Below, in pieces: positions 29,296 through 36,568 of a stretch of 44,393 bases of DNA (the stretch's first letter is position 1; each line of letters begins with the position of its first letter). This DNA is from a virus. The position numbers and the translations under genes were made by a program. The stretch is taken from IMG/VR virus record IMGVR_UViG_3300032157_000019, positions 1 through 44,393 of that record; one strand, 5' to 3'. A model generated the notes under the pieces. The model made no database searches. It was not told where the DNA came from and saw only the letters and a list, made by a program, of their open reading frames with translations.

Positions 29296-31456
29296 AGCGC
29301 AGCGGCGTCACGCTCTCACTGAACGCAACCCAGGCGTCCCATTCTTCTGTCGGCGTAGCGTAAATATCAGGGTATAATTTTGCCCACCCGTTCGGGCCGG
29401 TCAGCACATAAGCAGATGGATACTCGCCGCGAGCAAGCCAACGCGAGTTAATGTTTTTGGTGATATCCCCGATGGCCGGGGCAAACTTTGTTGCCAGCCG
29501 AAACGCATTGCGAAGCGTCATCGAATTAACGAACGTGGCCGTGCCGCCGCTGGTGTAGGTCGTGAAGCCCGTACTGTTCACGTCGATGGTAACCAGCCGA
29601 TTATTTTGATCGACGGCCACAACCGCATATGTGTTGCCGTTCAACTCTGTCATGCCGCCAACTGAGGCAAGCGAAAGGCTGGAGCCGACAGGGGGAAAAT
29701 TGCTAGATACGGCAAACGTTAGGACACACTGCGCCGCCTTGCTGGCCCCGGTGACGGTGGCGGACATATTGCTGGTCAGAAAGTCGGGCGAGTAGCCACC
29801 CTCGTAGGGTGCCATCCGCAAGCCGAAGCCATCCGCCCACGTCCACCAATTGGAAATCATCGCATTGAGGCTGATCGACGTGGCGTCCGCGCGGGCTGCG
29901 ACATAGGCGTTGGCAAATGCCTGTTGGTCTTCCGAGTCTTCCAGGCTCATCTCATAGGCTGCCTGCAGCTCTTGAGTGGCGGTGTTGCTTGTAAGGTTCC
30001 AATACATCGCAGGCGAAACGTGCGTCGCATAGTCGCTCGCCGGGTCACCGCCGTCCACCGAGACATGCTTTCCACCGAGGCGTGGATTGCTGGCGCTTGC
30101 GTTTGCGCTTGCCGACTCCTGCACGCCACACATGACCTGATAGGGCCAGCCCTCCTTTGGCCCCGTCGGATTGTAAACGGTGTGGATCGCCTTGCCCATG
30201 AGACTGAGCACGCGGCCATACCAATCGTGCGTCTGGAAATCGGCCCCTCCCCATCCCGCACGCACTTTCGCCTTGTTCCAGCCGTATCGAGTGCTGTGGA
30301 AGCCGCCCCCTGAGTTCCAAACTTCATTGGCTGGCTCTATGCGTGGCGCCATCCATGCCGCATCGTTGGCCGGGTTCTCCGTGAATGCCTTGCATGTAGC
30401 CGCCAGCTCGGCCGCATAATCGGTCAGCGGATCAAGCCCAAGATACGGCACATGCAGCCACGGATGAGCACCGATTTCCTTGCACAGTCGCAATATGAGT
30501 GAAACCGGAACGCCTGACTGAACACCGACGATATTGCTGCTGGTGACGCCGCCGCCAAACAGTAGCCACGCATCAAAGTCTTCATCATAGACCAGAGTAG
30601 ACACCTTGCCCGCAGCGGGCCGCAGATTGGTGTGCAGCTCGTCTCCGTATTCGTTCGCGATCGTGACATCGCCAGTTTCATTGACGTTGAGCGTCGGCGT
30701 TGTCCCGGACGACTCCGCATTCCAGGTCACGCACACTGTCGCCTTGTCGGCCAGCACGAAGCCGGTTGCATCGACGCTGAACGCGTCACCACTGTTCGTG
30801 GTCTCACCCTTATACATACCGGGCGGCAGCCAAATCCCGTTTTCCGAACCGTAGGAAATCACACTTTCGGGCGTCATGTGCGCCCACACGCTTGTGTTCG
30901 ACGACCCGTTCGGCATCCAGTCTAGAAACCTCTCGACGCCAAAATGCGCGCAAGCTGCCTTGAAGACGGGCGCAAACACTTCGCCTGCGTCGACGCGCGC
31001 CTCGTCGTCCGCATGAAATAGTTCCAGGTGCGTGATGGGATCGGCCACGTTGATGTCGGTAATCTCCAGAAACAACTGGAGCGCACCCTCGGAGGCGTCC
31101 GAGCCCGTTGGCGTGAACACAAACCGCCCGTTCGCGCCACTCGTGCTGCCGCTCACAATGGTATGGCTTGTTGCGGAAAGGCGCACGAGGCCAGAGCCAG
31201 GATCACCAACCCACCGCACCACCCAATTGCCGGGGCGGCTGTCTTGGTTAGGTATCCACAACACACGCCGGATAGCCGCAGACAGTGTGGTCGGGTATCC
31301 ATCCGCATTGAGCGTATCGGGCGCCGGTTGAGCGCCGCTTCCGGTGTAGGACCAAGCCCCTGATGTTTTGACGAAGTTCAGGAACGGATAGTCCCGACCA
31401 CCCCAATACGTCGGGAACCACAGGTTCAGTTGCGCGCGCCTCCCGTTGTGCGGCAT
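29270..31456 (-). CDS. Tailspike-like protein with putative clan GH-A glycoside hydrolase (polysaccharide depolymerase) domain
   Basis: 728 aa. IEPANEVWN resembles the Asn-Glu acid/base motif, and MAPYEGGYS resembles a nucleophile-Glu strand. An inserted beta-domain reads GGMTELNGNTYAVVAVDQNNRLVTIDVNSTGFTTYTSGG. It is the last gene of the late block. Confidence 0.6.
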   Translation of the reverse strand: MPHNGRRAQLNLWFPTYWGGRDYPFLNFVKTSGAWSYTGSGAQPAPDTLNADGYPTTLSAAIRRVLWIPNQDSRPGNWVVRWVGDPGSGLVRLSATSHTIVSGSTSGANGRFVFTPTGSDASEGALQLFLEITDINVADPITHLELFHADDEARVDAGEVFAPVFKAACAHFGVERFLDWMPNGSSNTSVWAHMTPESVISYGSENGIWLPPGMYKGETTNSGDAFSVDATGFVLADKATVCVTWNAESSGTTPTLNVNETGDVTIANEYGDELHTNLRPAAGKVSTLVYDEDFDAWLLFGGGVTSSNIVGVQSGVPVSLILRLCKEIGAHPWLHVPYLGLDPLTDYAAELAATCKAFTENPANDAAWMAPRIEPANEVWNSGGGFHSTRYGWNKAKVRAGWGGADFQTHDWYGRVLSLMGKAIHTVYNPTGPKEGWPYQVMCGVQESASANASASNPRLGGKHVSVDGGDPASDYATHVSPAMYWNLTSNTATQELQAAYEMSLEDSEDQQAFANAYVAARADATSISLNAMISNWWTWADGFGLRMAPYEGGYSPDFLTSNMSATVTGASKAAQCVLTFAVSSNFPPVGSSLSLASVGGMTELNGNTYAVVAVDQNNRLVTIDVNSTGFTTYTSGGTATFVNSMTLRNAFRLATKFAPAIGDITKNINSRWLARGEYPSAYVLTGPNGWAKLYPDIYATPTEEWDAWVAFSESVTPLRFTIRLAAA

Positions 31457-32868
31457 TAGATCGAGAGCCCCGCCTTGGCACCGAGATACGTTACCAAGTC
31501 TTCCCGCTCGTCCGTGGTCAGCACTCGATTGACCAGCACCAAGGCGTAGACGCGGCCCGCAAAGAAGCTTCCGGCCGATGCGCCGAGGGCGGCGCCGAGG
31601 GCAAAGCGATCCAGGGTGAACGTAGTGGAGCGGCTGTAGTTGTGTGTCGAGCCAGCAGATTGGTTGAGGTACGGAATAATCGCCGCTCCGCTGTCCGTGA
31701 CGCCGACAACCTTGTCGGTATTGTCGAATGCGCCCGCCTGGATGGTGGTCGCGCTGTTCGATATGACCACCGTACCGCTGTCGCCGCGATAGAAAAGCGA
31801 TAGGTCGGCAGCCGTGCCCGTGTTGCTCTGCATCATCGCAAAAAAGCTGTCATTGTCCGCGCTGTTTCTCTCCACGACAAGCCGGCGATCCGTGCCGGGG
31901 TTGCCGCGCATGGCTACGAACAGGCTGTGTGAGCCGTTTGCGTACATGTCGGTGGACGCCAGGCGACGAAGAATGTCGTCTGATCCGTCGAAGGTGACCC
32001 AATGCAGGCCTCCCGCGGTGTTGTAGGTCGGCCGCGTTCCATCATCCGCCGCAGCGGTCAGGTGGAAGTTATCGCCGCTCTTGTCGTTCCATGTGCCAAC
32101 CGTTTGGCCGTCTGCTGACACCGCGCTTGAGCCGGCAACGTTTTGGAACAACGTGGATGCGTCACTTGCTTCCAACCAGAGCACAAGGTCGGCGCCGAAG
32201 TCGCCCGGACTAAAGCCGCCATCTGCTACATCCGCAACCGAAATGGTGATCGTCTGCGCGGAGCCCGCCTCGCTGTCCGCAGTGGCGGTGGGTGTCACCT
32301 CAACCACGTACGTGTTGTTGGTGTCCGCGTCGTCTGGACTCTCGTAGTCCTTCGTGCCGTTGCTCACCCACCGCAGGGTACTTCCACTGATCTCGAATTC
32401 AGCACTATCCGCGCCGCCCGTGATGGCGAAGGTGGATGGCTGGTCTGCCGTCAGGGCAAAGGAAAGCGTTTCGTTTTCGTCAACCTCGCCAGTTGTGGCC
32501 GATGTCATTGTGGGCGGGGCGTCGATGGTCAGGCTTTCGACGTTGCTCCAGCCCGTCTTGCCGACCACGCGAGCGCGCGCATAGGTTGCGCCGTCCTGCA
32601 GGGCGCTCGATAGCGTACCGCTGATATCTCCATCCCCGGCATCCTCGGCGTTTACAAGCCCGCTTGCCGTGTCGATGAGGACGGTTAGGCCGGCGTCCGA
32701 GTAGAACTCGATTTCCCACGTGTCATTCTCGGCCATGGCGCCGATCGGAACATCGATGGTGAGCGTGGGGGTGTTGTCTTCGGCGCCCGTTACCCAGGTC
32801 AGGACAGGCGTCACCAGGGCCGCTTCGCCCCCAAGGGCGGCGGCGTTGGTCAGCCGGAAGAACCACAT
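31456..32868 (-). CDS. Adhesin-like tail protein: cadherin-like repeat plus LamG/concanavalin-type lectin domain
   Basis: The cadherin-like segment is FAITGGADSAEFEISGSTLRWVSNGTKDYESPDDADTNNTYVVEVTPTATADSEAGSAQTITISVADVAD. The C-terminal LamG-like end is FAGRVYALVLVNRVLTTDEREDLVTYL. Confidence 0.6.
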   Translation of the reverse strand: MWFFRLTNAAALGGEAALVTPVLTWVTGAEDNTPTLTIDVPIGAMAENDTWEIEFYSDAGLTVLIDTASGLVNAEDAGDGDISGTLSSALQDGATYARARVVGKTGWSNVESLTIDAPPTMTSATTGEVDENETLSFALTADQPSTFAITGGADSAEFEISGSTLRWVSNGTKDYESPDDADTNNTYVVEVTPTATADSEAGSAQTITISVADVADGGFSPGDFGADLVLWLEASDASTLFQNVAGSSAVSADGQTVGTWNDKSGDNFHLTAAADDGTRPTYNTAGGLHWVTFDGSDDILRRLASTDMYANGSHSLFVAMRGNPGTDRRLVVERNSADNDSFFAMMQSNTGTAADLSLFYRGDSGTVVISNSATTIQAGAFDNTDKVVGVTDSGAAIIPYLNQSAGSTHNYSRSTTFTLDRFALGAALGASAGSFFAGRVYALVLVNRVLTTDEREDLVTYLGAKAGLSI

Positions 32869-33173
32869 CAGCCGAACGTGCCCCCGACCACGGCGCTAAT
32901 ATTGCTGCCGGTCGTAACCTTCCACGCGCCTGCCGCGCTCTTGGCATAGATGGGGACATAGAACGGAACCAGAGACGCCAAGCTGTCCGCGCCGCCCGCA
33001 AACACGGTGATTGCGCTGCCCGATCCATCCTTGATCGACACGGCGCCGGGCGACAGGCTGGCCGGCACCAACAGCAGGCCCATCAGAAGGTCGCCCGCGC
33101 CAGCGCTTGCGGAACCCATGATCTGATCACTTTGTCCAGCGGCAACCGCCTCGTATTGCTCTGCGTAGGCCAT
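32868..33173 (-). CDS. Hypothetical protein (Gly/Ala/Ser-rich, beta-rich)
   Basis: 101-aa ORF with an AAGGA RBS. It is translationally coupled to the adhesin-like gene (TGATG). Confidence 0.5.
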   Translation of the reverse strand: MAYAEQYEAVAAGQSDQIMGSASAGAGDLLMGLLLVPASLSPGAVSIKDGSGSAITVFAGGADSLASLVPFYVPIYAKSAAGAWKVTTGSNISAVVGGTFG

Positions 33174-33236
33174 GAATGTTGTCCTTTGGTTAGGTGAGCA
33201 CGCGATAGGCGAGCACTAGCGCGCCCACCGTGAAGA

Positions 33237-33488
33237 TCAACGAGAACCATCCGTGTGGGATGGATGTCGAATGCCCAGCATCCCCCTCAGGTCGTTTGCC
33301 GTGAAATGCCCCGCCGCCAGCAGCGCGAGGGCGATGTACCATCGGATGAGGCCGGCCGAGAGGTATGGGGCTATCGAGGCGCGGGTCCGGCGTCGGGCCA
33401 TGTCGTCTAGCTTCCGGTCGATCGCGCATACCTTGTGCTGCGTGGAAAGCGTGATCTCCAGAATACGCAGCGTGACTTGGTCCAGCAT
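33237..33488 (-). CDS. Membrane protein, holin candidate (possibly frameshifted)
   Basis: 83 aa with the TM segment LIRWYIALALLAAGHF. Third-position GC collapses in the last 11 or so codons. The -1 frame downstream encodes a second TM helix through to 33190. Confidence 0.45.
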   Translation of the reverse strand: MLDQVTLRILEITLSTQHKVCAIDRKLDDMARRRTRASIAPYLSAGLIRWYIALALLAAGHFTANDLRGMLGIRHPSHTDGSR

Positions 33489-33509
33489 GTGCCATGGCGC
33501 CCCTCTCGC

Positions 33510-33629
33510 CTATTCCATAACCAGGAGCAGGGCGGTCACGGCGGGCGCATATTCATGCGCCACGAACCATGACCCCACCGCAAGAGCGACGCCTGCCAGT
33601 GTGCCGAGGATGCCGGGCGCATTCTTCAT
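33510..33629 (-). CDS. Small membrane protein (39 aa), holin/antiholin candidate
   Basis: Translation: MKNAPGILGTLAGVALAVGSWFVAHEYAPAVTALLLVME. It is ATGA-coupled to the o-spanin stop. It is below the ORF-track cutoff. Confidence 0.4.
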   Translation of the reverse strand: MKNAPGILGTLAGVALAVGSWFVAHEYAPAVTALLLVME

Positions 33630-33883
33630 TGGATGGCCTCGTTGCGTCCGTATTGGCAACCCCACAGTGGTCGCGAGCGGTTGTTGCCGTCCGCTGTCGC
33701 GGCGGTCTTCTGGGTGAGCTTGTCGTCTTTGCTTACGGTCTGGTGCTTCCAGCCCTTCTCGCAGAGGTCTTTCTGCGAGATCATCACGAGCTTGTCTGCG
33801 CAGCCGCCCAGCGGGCTACTTACAATCGCGACAAGAGTCACGAAGCAGGCGCTCAGCAGCGCCCGGCTTCTCAGCTTTGGCAT
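33626..33883 (-). CDS. o-spanin (outer-membrane lipoprotein, Rz1-like)
   Basis: Signal peptide plus lipobox: ALLSACFVTLVAIVSSPLGGC. The gene start overlaps the 3' end of the i-spanin gene in another frame. Confidence 0.65.
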   Translation of the reverse strand: MPKLRSRALLSACFVTLVAIVSSPLGGCADKLVMISQKDLCEKGWKHQTVSKDDKLTQKTAATADGNNRSRPLWGCQYGRNEAIQ

Positions 33884-34073
33884 GTTCCTGCTCCGATTTC
33901 TTGCCGGCGATCTCGCCGGCCTTTTGGCTCTCTACGCGCAACTCCTGCTTGCCTTCCTGCTTCTTGCTGTAGCCGTATGCCTTGAGGGCGCCGATCGCGA
34001 CAAAGGCGGCCAGCACATAGCGCACCCAGCGGGCTCCCCAGAGCGCGGCGAGAAGCGCTTTCGCGGCGATCAT
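33816..34073 (-). CDS. i-spanin (Rz-like type II membrane protein)
   Basis: N-terminal TM segment VRYVLAAFVAIGALKAYGY followed by a charged helical periplasmic part. It is ATGA-coupled to the endolysin stop. Confidence 0.6.
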   Translation of the reverse strand: MIAAKALLAALWGARWVRYVLAAFVAIGALKAYGYSKKQEGKQELRVESQKAGEIAGKKSEQEHAKAEKPGAAERLLRDSCRDCK

Positions 34074-34825
34074 GGTTTTGCCCTCATAAGTTTGTTGCGC
34101 TGAAGGAACTGCAAAACCTCAAGCCCCACGAGCACGACAAGGGCGGCGCCGAGCAGCAGAAGCGCGATGGTTACGGGATCACTCGGGAGGCCAGAGAACA
34201 TGGATGCGCCGGCACCCGCGATCGACCCGCCGCCGAGCAGCTTTCCAAACCAGCGCTTGATGCCGTACCAGAGCGAATGCTCGACTAGCTCCTCATGCGC
34301 CTCTATGTGCTCCTCCTTAACGGAGGGCGGCTCGACGGCCTGCGGCATGGACGGCTCGGGCGAAACCTGGTCCGCCATGGGCTTCAGGAACAGCGATGCC
34401 TCACGGGCGCGTCGCGTAACGAGACCGGGAAGAACACGCCCGCCGCCCTTATTCCAGGCCGCAAAAGATCGCGCTGCGCCGGCATAGTCGCCCGCGTTCA
34501 GGAGCCGCAATAGAGAGGATTTCTGTAGCGCGCCGTCGCCGCAATTATAGGCGAAGCTCACCAGCGCATCGAATTGGTTCTGGTTGATCGATACCGTCAC
34601 CATGCGGTTGACGGCCGCCTCGTGGGTGGCTAGCTCGCGCCGAAACATGGCCTCACCCTCGGCCTCGGTGCAGATCATGCCCTCGTGCACGCCCTTCGTG
34701 ACGCCTGCATAGATCGTCCAAACGCCGGCTGGGCAGCGATATGCGATGTATCTGCCATCGCCCAGCGCGCGATGGCGGCCTTCGAAGCCGACGATCATCT
34801 TTATTCCGGCGTCTGAAAGTCTCAT
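34070..34825 (-). CDS. Endolysin: GH24 lysozyme domain with C-terminal transmembrane region
   Basis: The N-terminal IVGFEGRHRALGDGRYIAYRCPAGVWTIYAGVT...FDALVSFAYNCG is a GH24 pattern. The C-terminus has LLGGGSIAGAGASMF and the strongly hydrophobic VTIALLLLGAALVVLVGLEVL. Confidence 0.85.
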   Translation of the reverse strand: MRLSDAGIKMIVGFEGRHRALGDGRYIAYRCPAGVWTIYAGVTKGVHEGMICTEAEGEAMFRRELATHEAAVNRMVTVSINQNQFDALVSFAYNCGDGALQKSSLLRLLNAGDYAGAARSFAAWNKGGGRVLPGLVTRRAREASLFLKPMADQVSPEPSMPQAVEPPSVKEEHIEAHEELVEHSLWYGIKRWFGKLLGGGSIAGAGASMFSGLPSDPVTIALLLLGAALVVLVGLEVLQFLQRNKLMRAKP

Positions 34826-34834
34826 GACGGAGCC

Positions 34835-34863
34835 TTGACAAGTAATGTGTGGTTTGCTATGTT
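34835..34863 (+). promoter_or_regulatory. Predicted promoter of the antisense HNH gene
   Basis: TTGACA (34835..34840), 17-nt spacer, TATGTT (34858..34863). The ATG at 34870 follows 6 nt later, so the transcript would be nearly leaderless. Confidence 0.5.
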
Positions 34864-34869
34864 TCGCAC

Positions 34870-35376
34870 ATGCCAGCTAAACGCGATCCCGCCGCCCGTT
34901 TTCACGAGAAATACAAGGTCGTCCCAGAGACTGGATGCTGGGAGTGGACCGGATATCGCTATCACGGGTACGGCATCCTCTCGGTCGGGCGTCACCCGAC
35001 CAAGGCCCACCGTTTCTCTTACGAGATCGCAATTGGGCCGATCCCAGACGATAAAATCGTCTGCCACTCCTGCGACAACCGGGCGTGCGTGAACCCGCGC
35101 CACCTGTTCGTGGGCACATACACCGACAACAACATTGATCGGCTTCGCAAGGGTGGCCATCACTACGCCAAGCGCACGGCCTGTCATCGCGGCCACGAAT
35201 TCACGCCCGAGAACACGCAATGGCGCAAGCGCGGCGCCGCCACGACTCGCGTCTGCCTCCAATGCCGCCGCGATGACGGCCGCAGAAACGCCCGGAGTTG
35301 GCGAAGCAAGAACCGGGTGCGCCACAACGCCTACATTCGCGAGTGGGCCAGGAAGCGACGAGAGGCGGCCGTATAG
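34870..35376 (+). CDS. HNH homing endonuclease (antisense within late operon)
   Basis: Motifs [14 protein letters not shown]...[46 protein letters not shown]. The track start at GTG 34849 is also possible. Confidence 0.85.
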   Translation: MPAKRDPAARFHEKYKVVPETGCWEWTGYRYHGYGILSVGRHPTKAHRFSYEIAIGPIPDDKIVCHSCDNRACVNPRHLFVGTYTDNNIDRLRKGGHHYAKRTACHRGHEFTPENTQWRKRGAATTRVCLQCRRDDGRRNARSWRSKNRVRHNAYIREWARKRREAAV

Positions 35377-35378
35377 GT

Positions 35379-36353
35379 TCATAGCTTGATGATCTTCGTG
35401 ACGAGCCACGTGGGCGGCAGGTTGGAGTGAGCGCCACCCGAACCGGCGTTCTGGATGGAGATGCCTGTTGCGGCGGCATTGACTGTGATGGTCTGGGCAA
35501 CGCTGGCGGCACCCGTGCCGGTCTGAAGCGGGCTGGCCGTCAAGTCCACGCCGGCATAGTTGCTGGAGGCGGTGTGCGCGTGCGTCGGGTCTGTGACGCC
35601 GTGCGAGTGGGTCGGCATTTCCGTGGTGGTCAGGGTGTGCGTCTCGGTGCCGCCCGATGCACCCAGCGTGGTTTCATCCGTTATGACCGTGCCGAGGCGC
35701 CCTGCGGCGCTGTTGCCCATGTCATCCACGCCGGCCGCAACGCGACCGCGGAAGTCAGGCAGGGGCAGCCGCTTGTGCGCCGCGAAGTCCGCAGCCGCAT
35801 TGGCACCACGCGATGAGCCGGCACCTGCGCTGTCCTGAATGGCCAGGATGCTGTTGGAGTATTTCTCCCACAGCAGTGTGAACAGGTCTTCCGTGTCCGC
35901 ATTGGCGCGCTCGGTGCCGCCAGACGTGCCATCGCCGATCGTGCGGCCGTTGGCGCGCACCCAGCCCGTAGGGGCCGTGTCACTCACGTAGTCGAGCAGG
36001 GTGCCGATTGGCATCAGCGGCGTGCCGTTCTGGCTCACGCGGCCAGTGACGCCTAGCCCCGTGGCGCTGATGTCGAGCACCTTGGCGCCGTTGACCGAGA
36101 AGCCGAAGTTGTTCGAACCGATGCGGTAGAGGCCGCCGCTCGGGTCAGCGCTGAACGTGATGCCCGGCAGCGCCTCCGTGCCGCTCGCGCCCTTCATCTG
36201 GCCGGTCATGGCGGCCTGGCCGTCTCGCGGGAGCGATCCGGTCAGCATGCTCGCCACGTCCGTGAAATTCGCGTTCATAGCCGAAGCACTGATGAGGGTG
36301 CTCGGGGTAAAACTGTTTGTGATCGAGGCTGTGCCAGACCCGTTGCGGGGCAT
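35379..36353 (-). CDS. Tail fibre protein with phage tail-collar (MdpB-like) domain
   Basis: N-terminal NGSGTASITNSFTPSTLISASAMNANFTDVASMLTGSLPRDGQAAMTG. Collar-type motifs PTGWVRANGRTI...DLFTLLWEKY...LPLPDFRGRVAAGVDDMG. Confidence 0.85.
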   Translation of the reverse strand: MPRNGSGTASITNSFTPSTLISASAMNANFTDVASMLTGSLPRDGQAAMTGQMKGASGTEALPGITFSADPSGGLYRIGSNNFGFSVNGAKVLDISATGLGVTGRVSQNGTPLMPIGTLLDYVSDTAPTGWVRANGRTIGDGTSGGTERANADTEDLFTLLWEKYSNSILAIQDSAGAGSSRGANAAADFAAHKRLPLPDFRGRVAAGVDDMGNSAAGRLGTVITDETTLGASGGTETHTLTTTEMPTHSHGVTDPTHAHTASSNYAGVDLTASPLQTGTGAASVAQTITVNAAATGISIQNAGSGGAHSNLPPTWLVTKIIKL

Positions 36354-36409
36354 TTGTTAATTTCCCGTGCTATAGTGCGCGTACGCACTGATTTGCCGGA
36401 GGATGACGG

Positions 36410-36568
36410 ATGGACGCTCTATTTCAACTGTTGGCCTTGGCCGCGCTGGGGTTCGCGACCTGGGCGGCGCTGACCATCGTGTGCACGATGATCGGCACAT
36501 GGATCGAGACGGATGGCCGGGCGCTAGGGTGCGCCTTGCGGGACCGATTGGTTCGCGCCCTGCAGTAG
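36410..36568 (+). CDS. Small membrane protein (52 aa) encoded antisense between tail genes
   Basis: Translation: MDALFQLLALAALGFATWAALTIVCTMIGTWIETDGRALGCALRDRLVRALQ. The GGAGG RBS lies 7 nt upstream. An extended -10 TGcTATAGT sits at 36368..36376. Third-position GC is about 83%. It fills an otherwise non-coding 170-nt gap and is below the ORF-track cutoff. Confidence 0.45.
   Translation: MDALFQLLALAALGFATWAALTIVCTMIGTWIETDGRALGCALRDRLVRALQ

Noticed and set aside
33282-33286. Canonical programmed -1 frameshift site for the holin candidate
   Set aside because: No X XXY YYZ heptamer is present in the zero frame. Only a C5/G5 homopolymer occurs, and third-position GC places the frame switch slightly downstream of it. 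An indel or pseudogene remains at least as likely as programmed frameshifting.
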